Positions 50,203-59,597 of a stretch of 64,000 nt of DNA are shown here, piece after piece. Every line of letters begins with the position of its first letter. The stretch's first letter is position 1. The position numbers were made by a program, and so were the translations under genes. Under the pieces are notes generated by a model. The model was not told where the DNA came from, made no database searches, and worked only from the letters and a program-made list of their open reading frames with translations. The stretch comes from Candidatus Hydrogenedentota bacterium (GTDB lineage Bacteria; Hydrogenedentota; Hydrogenedentia; Hydrogenedentales; CAITNO01). The stretch covers positions 8,437-72,436 of the forward strand of contig JAGPFE010000006.1 of assembly GCA_018056705.1 (NCBI GenBank). The letters are read 5' to 3'.

Positions 50203-51578
50203 TGAGCCGGCTGGACGTGGATTCCGTGGTCATTGGGGGCGGCGTCACCGGCCTGCGCGCGGGATGGGAACTCCGCAAGCGCCTTCCTGCCGATGGATTC
50301 GTCATCCTCGAGGCAACGGACCGACCCGGCGGCACGGCGCTCACGGACCGGTTCGATAGCTGGATCGTGGATCACGGCCCCAACGGCTTTCTGGACCGTG
50401 AACCGCTTACCCTTCAATGGGTAGATGAACTGGGACTCGGGGACCGCCTGGCGCCGGCATCCCGGGCCGCCGCGCGGCGCTTTCTCTACCGGAATGGCTG
50501 CCTGCGCGAACTCCTGCCGCCGCCCCGGTTTCTGCTTTCCCCCGTGCTATCCATCCGGGGACGGATCCGCCTGTGTCTCGAGCCCCTCGTGCCGCCCCGC
50601 CCCGACACGGCGCCACCGGAAACGGTTCATGCCTTCGCCGCCCGACGCGTTGGCCGGGAAGCCGCCCGCAAGCTGGTCGGCGCCATGGTCCTCGGGGTAT
50701 ATGGCGGTGACGCCGAGCAGTTGGAGATGATTTCCTGCTTTCCGCGACTGGTGGATATGGAACGGCGGTACGGCTCCCTGTTCAGGGCGCTCAAGGCGCG
50801 GCGCCGGGAAAACCCGGGCGCGTCCCCCATGGGACCCGGCGGCTGGCTCACTTCTTTCGATGGCGGCGTTGAAGCCCTGCCCGAGACGGCAGCCAGACTA
50901 TTGAGCAAAAACCTCCGGTTGAATGAGTCGGCCTCTTCGATTTCCCTTGAAAACGGTATTTATACTGTTCGCTCCATCACCGGCCTTACGGTCCAGGCGC
51001 GGCGCGTTTTTCTGGCCTGTCCCGCGTGGCAGGCGGCCCGGCTTGTCGCGCCCCTGGGCGATACCGCCGCCCGCGCCCTCGCGGACATTCCCTACGCTCC
51101 CATAGCGGTTCTCGCTCTCGGTTATCCCAGGAATCGCGTGGGACATCCCCTGGAAGGCTTTGGATTCCTGGTCCCCCGCGGCGAAAACCTGCGCCTGCTG
51201 GGCTGCCTCTGGACCTCTTCCATCTTCCCCGGCCAGGCCCCCGCGGACCATGTACTCCTGCGCGTCATGGTAGGTGGCGCGGTTGATCCGAAAGCCCCCA
51301 CTTTATCCGACGCCGAATTGCTAAACGGGGCCCTGGAAGAACTGCGCCCCTTGTTGCGCCTCGGGGGCCAACCCCTGTGGCACAGGATCTACCGCTACCC
51401 TCGTGGCATCCCGCAATACACGGTCGGTCACGCCGCACGCCGGGAAATCCTCGTCGCGACCGAACGCCAATTCCCTGGCCTGTTCTTCTGTGGCAATGCC
51501 TACCAGGGCGTGGGGCTCAACGACTGCGCGGTCTCCGCCCTTGTTGCCGTCACCAGAGCCCTTGAGGAAACCCATTGA
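50202..51578 (+). CDS. hemY: protoporphyrinogen oxidase (HemY-type FAD enzyme)
   Basis: 458 aa; VVIGGGVTGLRAGWEL dinucleotide fold; FPRLVDMERRYGSL motif; TGATG coupling to hemN. Confidence 0.8.
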   Translation: MSRLDVDSVVIGGGVTGLRAGWELRKRLPADGFVILEATDRPGGTALTDRFDSWIVDHGPNGFLDREPLTLQWVDELGLGDRLAPASRAAARRFLYRNGCLRELLPPPRFLLSPVLSIRGRIRLCLEPLVPPRPDTAPPETVHAFAARRVGREAARKLVGAMVLGVYGGDAEQLEMISCFPRLVDMERRYGSLFRALKARRRENPGASPMGPGGWLTSFDGGVEALPETAARLLSKNLRLNESASSISLENGIYTVRSITGLTVQARRVFLACPAWQAARLVAPLGDTAARALADIPYAPIAVLALGYPRNRVGHPLEGFGFLVPRGENLRLLGCLWTSSIFPGQAPADHVLLRVMVGGAVDPKAPTLSDAELLNGALEELRPLLRLGGQPLWHRIYRYPRGIPQYTVGHAARREILVATERQFPGLFFCGNAYQGVGLNDCAVSALVAVTRALEETH

Positions 51579-52621
51579 TGCGTGACCCATCCGGAACCAC
51601 CGCGTCATCCGAAAGACCCTCCCGGCTGAACCCGGCGCGGTTCCGTCCAAACCTGTTTATCGCGGTCCTGCCTGTCGCCGTGCTGCTGGCGTGGTATGTT
51701 CCCGGTCCGGGCAGCCGTGAGGGCGCCTTTTCCCTGGGCACGATGGCCCTCGCCGGCGTGTCGGCCGTGTTCTTCGGATATGGATTGCGGACCGAATGGG
51801 ACAAGTTCCTGGCTGGACTCCGGCTTTGGAAAATGCACTTGCTCATTCAGGGCATCACGTTCCTCCTCTTTCCCCTGCTGGTTTATCCCTGGGTCTTCTG
51901 GCTGACGGATCCGCATGACCGGCAGGTATGGCAGGGCATATTTTTTCTGGCGGCCCTGCCGTCCACGATCAGTTCTTCCGCCGTGCTGGTGTCGCTCACG
52001 GGGGGCAACCTTCCCCTGGCGGTAGTAAACGCGGGACTGTCCGGTTTTATTGGCGTGTTGGCCACCCCGCTGTGGATGATCATCGCGGGAGAACGGGCCA
52101 CGGGAAACCTTCACGCGCTAGGCATGGCCAGCCTCCGGCTTAGCCTGCTAATCCTCGCGCCCATGATCGCGGGCGCGCTACTGACGCCGTGGTTGGGAGA
52201 AATCGCCCGTCGCCACGAACGCTGGTTACGCCGGGCTGATCAACTGGTTGTTCTGCTCATCGTCTACACCAGCTTCAGCCGATCCTTTGAACATGGTCTG
52301 CCTACTTCCCTGTCCACGTCGGGACTGGTTGTTATTGGCCTTGCCGTTCTCGCCCTGTTCGGATCCGTGGTCATCCTGATAACCGCCATCTGCTGGCTGT
52401 CCGGCGTGGCCAGGCCCGAAGGACTCACCGTGTTTTTCTGTGGTTGCACGAAATCCCTGTCCCACGGCGTCGTCATGGCAAGGGTCCTTTTCGGATCCCA
52501 GTCCCTGGCTGCCCTCGTCATCGTGCCCGTCATGGTCTACCACTTTATCCAGTTAACCGTTTTCGGCCTGGTAGCGGCGATCATCAGTCCCCCGCCATCC
52601 AGACCCGAACGGCAAGTATAA
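51578..52621 (+). CDS. bile acid:sodium symporter (BASS/SLC10) family transporter
   Basis: Start at the ATG at 51578, overlapping the hemY stop (the ORF opens with TTG at 51575); ~10 TM; LAALPSTISSSAVLVSLTGGNLPLAV BASS-like segment. Confidence 0.7.
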   Translation: MRDPSGTTASSERPSRLNPARFRPNLFIAVLPVAVLLAWYVPGPGSREGAFSLGTMALAGVSAVFFGYGLRTEWDKFLAGLRLWKMHLLIQGITFLLFPLLVYPWVFWLTDPHDRQVWQGIFFLAALPSTISSSAVLVSLTGGNLPLAVVNAGLSGFIGVLATPLWMIIAGERATGNLHALGMASLRLSLLILAPMIAGALLTPWLGEIARRHERWLRRADQLVVLLIVYTSFSRSFEHGLPTSLSTSGLVVIGLAVLALFGSVVILITAICWLSGVARPEGLTVFFCGCTKSLSHGVVMARVLFGSQSLAALVIVPVMVYHFIQLTVFGLVAAIISPPPSRPERQV

Positions 52622-52631
52622 AGAGAAACGC

Positions 52632-52654
52632 GGTGATGACCACATGGTCACCAC
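52632..52654 (-). terminator. hairpin terminator between convergent genes (functional mainly for the minus-strand DUF1559 gene)
   Basis: GGTGATGACCA-c-ATGGTCACCACC; on the minus strand the stem is followed by GUUUCUCUUUAUAC. Confidence 0.45.
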
Positions 52655-52682
52655 CGCGATCACACGCTCACGCGCCGGGAAA

Positions 52683-53606
52683 TCAGACCGTGCCGCCGGT
52701 CAACGTGGCAAAGGCACGGGACACCGGGCTGCGGGCCGGCCCGGGGAACCGGATGAATTCCACGTGGCCGTCCATGTACAGCACGTTCGACCCGCCGGGA
52801 ATATGGTTGAAATTGCTCGCGATCACGCTCGTGATGTCCCAGAATATGTACACTTCGCTCTGGGCCTGGTTAGCCGCCGCGGGGTTGTTGATATCCGTGA
52901 TCAGGAATCGCTCAATACCCTCGCGCAGACGGTAGGCCGTCCGGCCGTCCGGGGCGGGCAACTGGATATCTTCTTCCAGCGGTGACAGGTCGCCGTTTTC
53001 CACCTGGGTGTACAGTTGCTGCAGTTTCAGGGCCAGTTGCAGGTTCAGGTACCCCTGCAGGGCGGCGTTCAACAGATCCGTTGGCATACCCGGGGTATTG
53101 GGATCCAGGGTCCCCACGTACAGGTCCTGAAGCGCCCAGCTGATGTACACGTACGACAACGCGTCAAAGCGACAGGGTACGATCGGATTCTCCGGATTGC
53201 GCGCGCCACCGGGATCCCGGGCGTTCCACCGTCCACCGGTCAGGGCGTCCGCTCCGTCTTCGTCCGACGGGCAGACCAGTACCTTGTGATCCGACAGGTA
53301 CTCGGGAAACACCTGGTCTCCCTGGAACATGAAGTCAAGGCCATCGAGCAACGTGCACGGCTCGCCGGGAACCGAGGTGTCCGGTTTCCGGTGATGCAGC
53401 GTGGGATAGGCCTGTCCTTTCGATTCGTTGGCATACATCTTGAACATCAGGCCAACCTGTTTCAGGTTGTTCTGGCAGGACGAACGGCGGGCCGCCTCGC
53501 GGGCCCGGGCCAGCGCTGGCAGCAGGATCGCCGCCAGGATGCCGATGATGGCGATCACCACCAGCAGTTCGATCAGCGTGAAGCCGTTTCGGGAATGTCG
53601 TCGCAT
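52683..53606 (-). CDS. prepilin-type N-terminal cleavage/methylation domain protein with DUF1559 (H-X9-DG) C-terminus
   Basis: Start at the ATG (cat at 53604-53606) with an AAAGGAGG RBS: [50 protein letters not shown], the canonical DUF1559 N-terminus; C-terminal [14 protein letters not shown]. Confidence 0.8.
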   Translation of the reverse strand: MRRHSRNGFTLIELLVVIAIIGILAAILLPALARAREAARRSSCQNNLKQVGLMFKMYANESKGQAYPTLHHRKPDTSVPGEPCTLLDGLDFMFQGDQVFPEYLSDHKVLVCPSDEDGADALTGGRWNARDPGGARNPENPIVPCRFDALSYVYISWALQDLYVGTLDPNTPGMPTDLLNAALQGYLNLQLALKLQQLYTQVENGDLSPLEEDIQLPAPDGRTAYRLREGIERFLITDINNPAAANQAQSEVYIFWDITSVIASNFNHIPGGSNVLYMDGHVEFIRFPGPARSPVSRAFATLTGGTV

Positions 53607-53643
53607 GAAAACCTCCTTTCTAACGTTTACTGCTTGTATAAAT

Positions 53644-53672
53644 AGCATATCATGCGCAAAACAACTTTGCAA
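53644..53672 (-). promoter_or_regulatory. putative promoter for the DUF1559 gene (TTGCAA-17-TATGCT)
   Basis: Minus-strand TTGCAA (plus 53667-53672), a 17-nt spacer, TATGCT (plus 53644-53649), inside a ~180-bp AT-rich divergent region. Confidence 0.4.
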
Positions 53673-53718
53673 GCATAATTTATTTCGGGTAATCCTCCCT
53701 GTTTTTGTTTCTTGTTTT

Positions 53719-53747
53719 TTGAAAATACGTTGCGATACAGTTAGATA
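53719..53747 (+). promoter_or_regulatory. putative promoter for the fadL-like gene (TTGAAA-17-TAGATA)
   Basis: TTGAAA at 53719-53724 and TAGATA at 53742-53747. Confidence 0.4.
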
Positions 53748-53794
53748 GATTTCCCTTTTTTACCTTTTTACGGGCAATAGAAAGGACCATGGTC

Positions 53795-55099
53795 ATGAAA
53801 CGAACGGGAGGTCGTATTTCATTCGGGCTAGGCATCGTAACGTGCGTGTACCTTCTAGGACTGGGCTGGACAGGCACGGCCCACGCCACCGACGGCACAT
53901 CGCTGATCGGTATCGGCGCGTTGCAAAAAGGCACGGGCGGCGCGGGCGTGGCCAGTCCCCAGGACATGACCTGGGTGTTGCTCAACCCGGCGAGCATCAT
54001 CGACCTGGGCTGTCGCCTGGACGTGAACTTCGAATTGTTCATGCCCTATCGCACCATTAAGCCCCGGGGACTTTTCGGCAGCAACACGGAGGAATCCTAC
54101 GACGACAATATCTTCTATATTCCATCGCTGGGTTACAGCAAATCCTGCGGCGACGGGGACTGGGCGTGGGGCATCGGCCTGTACGGGGTCAGTGGCATGG
54201 GCGTGGAATACCGGGCTTCCCGGGCCATCCTGCCCAGGTTAACCCTGCAGAATTATGATCGCCGGACCCGCTACAGCGTGGCCACCCTCGGGTTCGGCTA
54301 TGCCAGGGACCTGGGCGACGGATGGACCATTGGTATCAGCCCCCGGTTGAATTTCTCCATGTTCGCCACCGACATGCTTACCCTGAAATTCCGACAGGTG
54401 GACGCGGAAAACAGCATCGACACCGCCTACGGGGCGGGCTTCTCGCTCGGTTTCTACAAGCGCTGGCAGCGTTTCGGCATCGGCCTGAACTATACCTCCC
54501 GGCAGTGGATGACCGAGTACAAGAAATACGACGACCTGTTCTTTGAATCCATGGACCTGCCTCAGAACATCCAGACCGGTATCGCCTTCGACATCACGCC
54601 CGCCCTGGAATGGGTCCTGGACTACAAGTGGATCAACTGGAGCGGTATCGACCAGATGGGACGGGAACCCATTAAGGGCGGCTTCGGCTGGAAAGACCAG
54701 CATATCATCAAAACCGGGCTGACCTGGTACGCCACGCCGAAGTGGACGTTCCGGGGCGGCGTTTCCATCGCCTTCGACTCCCCCATCCGCGAGGAATACG
54801 TGTTCGCCAACGCGCTGTTCCCCGCCGTGGTGAAAGATCATGTCTCTCTCGGCGTATCCCGGGTGATCAACGACAAGTCCGACGTGCACGTAACGGTCAT
54901 GCACGCGTTTAACAATCACCTGGAAGACAACGGCCGCGGTGACCTGTTCTCTATCCTGGGAAAAGGCACGGAAATCTCCCTCAGGGAAACCACCGTGACC
55001 TTTGAATACAGTTACAAATTCGAAATGGGCGGATGCGCCAAGCGCCGGCAGGAACTGATGGAAAAATATGAAAAGAACCGGGGTGAAGGTCGATTCTGA
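53795..55099 (+). CDS. fadL: outer-membrane long-chain fatty acid/hydrophobic compound transporter, FadL/TodX (OMPP1) family
   Basis: The second ATG at 53795 is better placed relative to the AAAGGA RBS (the ORF opens at 53789); signal peptide, then TDGTSLIGIGALQKGTGGAGVASPQDMTWVLLNPASI typical of the FadL N-terminus; ends in Phe. Confidence 0.75.
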   Translation: MKRTGGRISFGLGIVTCVYLLGLGWTGTAHATDGTSLIGIGALQKGTGGAGVASPQDMTWVLLNPASIIDLGCRLDVNFELFMPYRTIKPRGLFGSNTEESYDDNIFYIPSLGYSKSCGDGDWAWGIGLYGVSGMGVEYRASRAILPRLTLQNYDRRTRYSVATLGFGYARDLGDGWTIGISPRLNFSMFATDMLTLKFRQVDAENSIDTAYGAGFSLGFYKRWQRFGIGLNYTSRQWMTEYKKYDDLFFESMDLPQNIQTGIAFDITPALEWVLDYKWINWSGIDQMGREPIKGGFGWKDQHIIKTGLTWYATPKWTFRGGVSIAFDSPIREEYVFANALFPAVVKDHVSLGVSRVINDKSDVHVTVMHAFNNHLEDNGRGDLFSILGKGTEISLRETTVTFEYSYKFEMGGCAKRRQELMEKYEKNRGEGRF

Positions 55100-56300
55100 T
55101 CGAAGCGATCGCGTGCTTACCATCCTCGCGGCCCTGCTCGTGGTCTATTGCGGCATGGCCGGCGCGGAAGGTTTCCGTCAGGATGGGTTCGTCATCGGTT
55201 TCTGGGGGGATCCCCCGGTGGACGGACAGGTTAACGCCCGCTACGCGGAAGTGGCTGAAGCCGGCTTCAACGTCGTCATGGGCGGCATGGGGGCCTCTTC
55301 CCCCGCCCTGGCCCAGCGGCAGCGGGACGCCTGCAACCGGGTGAACATCCGGGTACTCTTCGCCACGTACGGCCTTCCCGTCAGTGCCCTGTGCAACTGC
55401 GCCACCACCTACGGCTTTCTCATCCGCGACCATCCGTCCGTGACGGAACTGGAAACCATCCGGGCTCGGGTCGAAGAGGTCCGTCGGGAACGCCCGGGAA
55501 AACTCCCCTTCATCAACCTCGCGCCTCCTTCCACGCCACTGGAAAAACTCGGCGCCCCGGATTACGAAACCTACCTGGAAACCGTCCTCGACGCCCTGCG
55601 GCCCGAAGTGCTCTGCTGGGACGAAATGCCCTGGGCCCTTCCCGGTGATGAGGGCCCGGAGCGCTACGAACGCGCGCTGGGACGCTTCCGTGAAATCGCC
55701 CTGCGGCGGGGCGTGCCTTTCTGGACCTTCGTCCAGGTCATGGCGTACGGCACCGACCACGTCCCCAGCGAGGCGGATATCCGCTGGCAAGTCTACACCG
55801 CCCTGGCTTACGGCGCGAAGGGTATCCTGTACTTCGCCTATGCCACACCCGTGAACGATCCGAAAACCCGGGGCAGCGGCCTGATCGATCCCGATGGACG
55901 CAAGACCGACCGACTGGAAACCGTAACGGCCATCAACCGGGAATTGAAAAGAATGGCCGCGATGCTGTTCCGGTCCACGTCGCTGGGCGCGTTCGACCTG
56001 GCGGATGCCGACCAGTCCCGGGCACTGACCGAAAACGCTCCGGTAACCTCCGGCACGCCCGCGCCGGTCACCGCTGGAGTCCTGCGGGACGCCGAGGGCA
56101 CGCTGGTACTCCTCCTGGTGAACCGGGAGCGAGCGGGAGCCACCATGACGGACCTTACCTTCGCGGTACCCGCCCGAGAACTCGACCGCAAAGCGGGTAA
56201 GGTAATCCCGCTGAAGGACGATGACGCCGCCCGCGAGGGCGTGCAGGTACGCATCGCCCCCGGTGACGCCCGCCTGGTCGTGCTGGGCGGCACCTCCTGA
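55068..56300 (+). CDS. putative glycoside-hydrolase-like TIM-barrel protein (family uncertain)
   Basis: 410 aa; the ATG at 55068 lies inside the fadL 3' end (alternative GTG at 55113); alternating beta/alpha pattern with conserved acidic residues; the family assignment is an inference. Confidence 0.45.
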   Translation: MKRTGVKVDSDRSDRVLTILAALLVVYCGMAGAEGFRQDGFVIGFWGDPPVDGQVNARYAEVAEAGFNVVMGGMGASSPALAQRQRDACNRVNIRVLFATYGLPVSALCNCATTYGFLIRDHPSVTELETIRARVEEVRRERPGKLPFINLAPPSTPLEKLGAPDYETYLETVLDALRPEVLCWDEMPWALPGDEGPERYERALGRFREIALRRGVPFWTFVQVMAYGTDHVPSEADIRWQVYTALAYGAKGILYFAYATPVNDPKTRGSGLIDPDGRKTDRLETVTAINRELKRMAAMLFRSTSLGAFDLADADQSRALTENAPVTSGTPAPVTAGVLRDAEGTLVLLLVNRERAGATMTDLTFAVPARELDRKAGKVIPLKDDDAAREGVQVRIAPGDARLVVLGGTS

Positions 56301-56312
56301 GCCATCCCTTTC

Positions 56313-57644
56313 TCAATAGCGCACGAACACCGAGCAGTACGCGTCCCGGTCCAGGTCCATGCGCCAGCGCAACTGTTCCGCGGGCGTGGGGAATCGTTTT
56401 GGCGCGTCCGGTTCCTTCCCGGCCACGAGGTCCGCGATGATGGCTTTCAGTTCCTGTTCCGCGCCCCGGGCGTAGCCGGTTTTCATGTAACGAATCACGC
56501 CGTCCCGCCCGACCACGACGGTGGTCGGCAGGGCTTCCACCCGCAATTGTTCGGCCAGTTGACCGTCCCGGTCCAGGGCCACCGGAAGGGTCAGTTTCTG
56601 GTTCTGTTTCCAGGGACGGATCAACTCCGGTGTTTCCATCAGGTTAACCGTCACGAACGTCACTGCGCCGGTATCCTGGAACTGTCCCGCGAGCCGCTGC
56701 ACCTGCTCCACGGCATAGCGGCATGGCCGACACCACGTGGCCCAGAAATCCAGGACCAGTACCCGTTCTTCCCGGCAACTTCCGAAATCGATGCTGCCGC
56801 CCGTGCACAGATCGAGCGTCACCGGGGGCATTTCCATGCCCACGGGCCCGGTGGTTCCCGCGTCGTCCGGAGAAGCAAACACGCGCGTTTCCCGGTACCC
56901 CTCCGGCGGAACCGGGTTAAACACCCCGTCATCCACGACCGGCGCGACATTCCACGCGGTCCACGTGATCGTCACGGTCTCCGTTCCGGGAGGCCGACCC
57001 GCCCCGCGGGAGAGATCCGCTTCCAGCCGTTCCGGCAGGCCACTTTCCACGCCCACCCACAAGGCCACATCCGTTCGGTCGAACCGTAGGTTAAACCGCG
57101 TGGCCGGTCCCGTGGACAACGGTTCGTCCGCGCGCGAGGCCTGCCGCACGTGATCGAGCCAACCGGCAAACGGATCGGGAGACAGCACCCGACGGATGGC
57201 AGGCTGCTGGGTCAGCCATCCCGCGAAATCTTCCGGCCGGTCGCCCCTCGTTATGCGCCGATAAGTTCGCGCGGAGTCCAGCGCCATCATACCCCGGGAC
57301 CCGTTCAGGACCAGGGTCAGCGCTTCACCCGGCACTTCATGCCGCAGGAACAACCGGTCTGGACGCTGGAAAACCACCCGGCACGTGGCTGTGTCCCGAA
57401 CGGGCCCCGATGGTTTACCGTGCACCGTATCGATGCGCGCGGTAAAGGCGAAAGCGTTCAAACCCGCCAGGCGGCCACCCATCGCGCGCAGGGCGTCGAT
57501 CACGCCCGCGTCCGGTGATCCAGCCGGCGCGATGTCAGCCGCCACGGCCATCACCGCCACCAGGGACAGCACTATCCCCACCCCTACCCCCTGCCATCCT
57601 CCTCTCTTCGCCCGCCCGCGCGTTCCAATTCCGGGGATGTCCAT
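56313..57644 (-). CDS. TlpA/ResA-like thiol:disulfide oxidoreductase with ~270-aa N-terminal LolA-like/unknown domain
   Basis: 443 aa; signal/TM anchor; thioredoxin motif FWATWCRPCR; 3 nt downstream of the kinase gene stop. Confidence 0.7.
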   Translation of the reverse strand: MDIPGIGTRGRAKRGGWQGVGVGIVLSLVAVMAVAADIAPAGSPDAGVIDALRAMGGRLAGLNAFAFTARIDTVHGKPSGPVRDTATCRVVFQRPDRLFLRHEVPGEALTLVLNGSRGMMALDSARTYRRITRGDRPEDFAGWLTQQPAIRRVLSPDPFAGWLDHVRQASRADEPLSTGPATRFNLRFDRTDVALWVGVESGLPERLEADLSRGAGRPPGTETVTITWTAWNVAPVVDDGVFNPVPPEGYRETRVFASPDDAGTTGPVGMEMPPVTLDLCTGGSIDFGSCREERVLVLDFWATWCRPCRYAVEQVQRLAGQFQDTGAVTFVTVNLMETPELIRPWKQNQKLTLPVALDRDGQLAEQLRVEALPTTVVVGRDGVIRYMKTGYARGAEQELKAIIADLVAGKEPDAPKRFPTPAEQLRWRMDLDRDAYCSVFVRY

Positions 57645-57647
57645 GCT

Positions 57648-59597
57648 TCAGCCTTGCCCGGCCGGCCCACCGCTGGCACCGGCCAGTTCCCGCAGTTGTG
57701 CCGACGTGGGCAGCAGAATCGGCACCACGCAACGGAATCCCAGGTCCTCGCGCCTGGCATCCACGGGTACCGTCATCGCGCTGGACAACAGGCGGGGGCC
57801 ATCCCGGTAACTGCCGCCGCACACCATGGCCTGGTCTCCGAAGTTCGGATAGGTATCCGTCACGGGACGATCATCCGGCAGCACCCATTCCATCACGTTA
57901 CCGACCATGTCCAGGCACCCGGATGACGCGCGATCCTTTTCCCGCGATCCAACGTCCGAGGGCCCGTCTCCAGAGCAGGCGCAACCATCGCTGACCCAGT
58001 CATTGCCCCACGGATAATTCCTGGGCGCGTCGTCCAGGCCATACGCCGCCCGGGCCCATTGCGCGCGGGTTGGCAGATCTTTTCCCGCGGCTGCCGCGAA
58101 GGCCAGCGCGTCGAAAAGGGTCACGCCCGTAACCGGTTTCCTGGCATTTGCCGCCGTATCCGCGTCGGCAAGGTGCGGCGGCATTCTCCATTGTCCCGGC
58201 ACGCTGGTCGTGAAAGACAGGTAATCCTCCACCGTTACCTCGGTTCGGTCGATGAGAAAAGCGGGCAGCGATACCACCGTGCCGTCCACGTTGACCGCTC
58301 CCGCCGGAACGAACACCATGTTCGGGCGGCGGCTGAGTTCCAGGATGCCCATGCACAGCGCCATGGCCTGCTCGGCCAGTGCGCGACGGGCTTCCACGCC
58401 TCCCGCCCCGGCGTCATCCATCATTTTCCGCGCGGTAACCGCCCGGTCCAGCAACTGGGCCAGTTCCGGATTATTGGTTGCCGCGTTTCGCGCCCGCAAT
58501 AACAGGCTGTCCACTGCTCTCTTCATGATCCCCACGTCGTCAAGGTCCGCGGCGATAACGCCCTTTCCCGACGTGGCGCCACCGGTCCTGCCCCCCAGCC
58601 ACCAGTACCCCCCCACGCCAAGGCTGCACAAGGCCACCACCAGTAACCCGACGCCCACACCAAGCCACACCTGGTCAGGACGCAGGCCCCTCGACTTCTT
58701 TCCTTTCAGGGCGGACGCCACCCTCGTGGGCGCGCCAGATTTCCCGGAGCGCGCCGCCCGCAACTCCGCGATGGCCTGGCGCAACTCGCCCGCCGTCTGA
58801 AACCGCCGGGCCGGATCCGGGTCCACGCACCGGGCGATGATCCGGTCCAGTTCCGGGGGTACCTCCCGGATCATCTCCGAAGCGGGCTTGGGCACGCCCG
58901 TGGGCATGTTGCCCGTTACCAACTCGTACAGCATCACGCCCACGCTGTAGATGTCCGATCGGGCGTCCACGTCCCGGCTGTTCCGTAACTGCTCCGGCGA
59001 CATGTAATACGGCGTGCCCATCACCACCGAGGCCGAGGTCATCCGGGTGTTATCCATGAGTTTCGAGATGCCAAAATCCATCAGTTTCACCCGGCCATCC
59101 CGGTCGATCATCACGTTTTCCGGCTTGATGTCCCGGTGGATCGTGAACTGGTGGGCGTACTCCAGGGCCACGCACAATTCCTCGACGACGCGCAGCACCT
59201 CGTCCAGGGGCAGCCGCTTGCCGGGCGGCAACTTTTCCAGCCGGTTCCGGAGCGATTCCCCCTGCACGTACTCCATCGAGATGTACACGCCCTTGCCCGC
59301 GCTGCCGATGTCGTGCACCCGCACGATGTTGGGATGCGCCAGTTTCCGGGCGATGCGCGCCTCGTTGAAAAATCGCTCCACCACCATCTTCTCGCGCAGG
59401 AACTGCGGAAGCAGCGTCTTGAGCGCGACGTCTTCACCGAGCACGTTATCGTGAACCTTGTAGATACACCCCATGCCTCCCCGCCCGATCAGGTCCAGAA
59501 CGGTGTAACGCCCGTTGATTACTTCCCCCCGGCGGAACTGGGCGTCTCCGCTCGCGTCACTGATGCGTGTCGCGTCATCCGATCCCGGCACGTTCAT
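57648..59597 (-). CDS. Ser/Thr protein kinase fused to a C-terminal formylglycine-generating-enzyme (FGE/SUMF1-like) domain
   Basis: Start at the ATG (cat at 59595-59597). Hanks kinase motifs GRGGMGCIYKV, HRDIKPENVMI, DFGISK. A TM segment follows, then an FGE-like region MVFVPAGAV...RTEVTVEDY...RNYPWGN...GNVMEWV...GGSYRD. Confidence 0.85.
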   Translation of the reverse strand: MNVPGSDDATRISDASGDAQFRRGEVINGRYTVLDLIGRGGMGCIYKVHDNVLGEDVALKTLLPQFLREKMVVERFFNEARIARKLAHPNIVRVHDIGSAGKGVYISMEYVQGESLRNRLEKLPPGKRLPLDEVLRVVEELCVALEYAHQFTIHRDIKPENVMIDRDGRVKLMDFGISKLMDNTRMTSASVVMGTPYYMSPEQLRNSRDVDARSDIYSVGVMLYELVTGNMPTGVPKPASEMIREVPPELDRIIARCVDPDPARRFQTAGELRQAIAELRAARSGKSGAPTRVASALKGKKSRGLRPDQVWLGVGVGLLVVALCSLGVGGYWWLGGRTGGATSGKGVIAADLDDVGIMKRAVDSLLLRARNAATNNPELAQLLDRAVTARKMMDDAGAGGVEARRALAEQAMALCMGILELSRRPNMVFVPAGAVNVDGTVVSLPAFLIDRTEVTVEDYLSFTTSVPGQWRMPPHLADADTAANARKPVTGVTLFDALAFAAAAGKDLPTRAQWARAAYGLDDAPRNYPWGNDWVSDGCACSGDGPSDVGSREKDRASSGCLDMVGNVMEWVLPDDRPVTDTYPNFGDQAMVCGGSYRDGPRLLSSAMTVPVDARREDLGFRCVVPILLPTSAQLRELAGASGGPAGQG

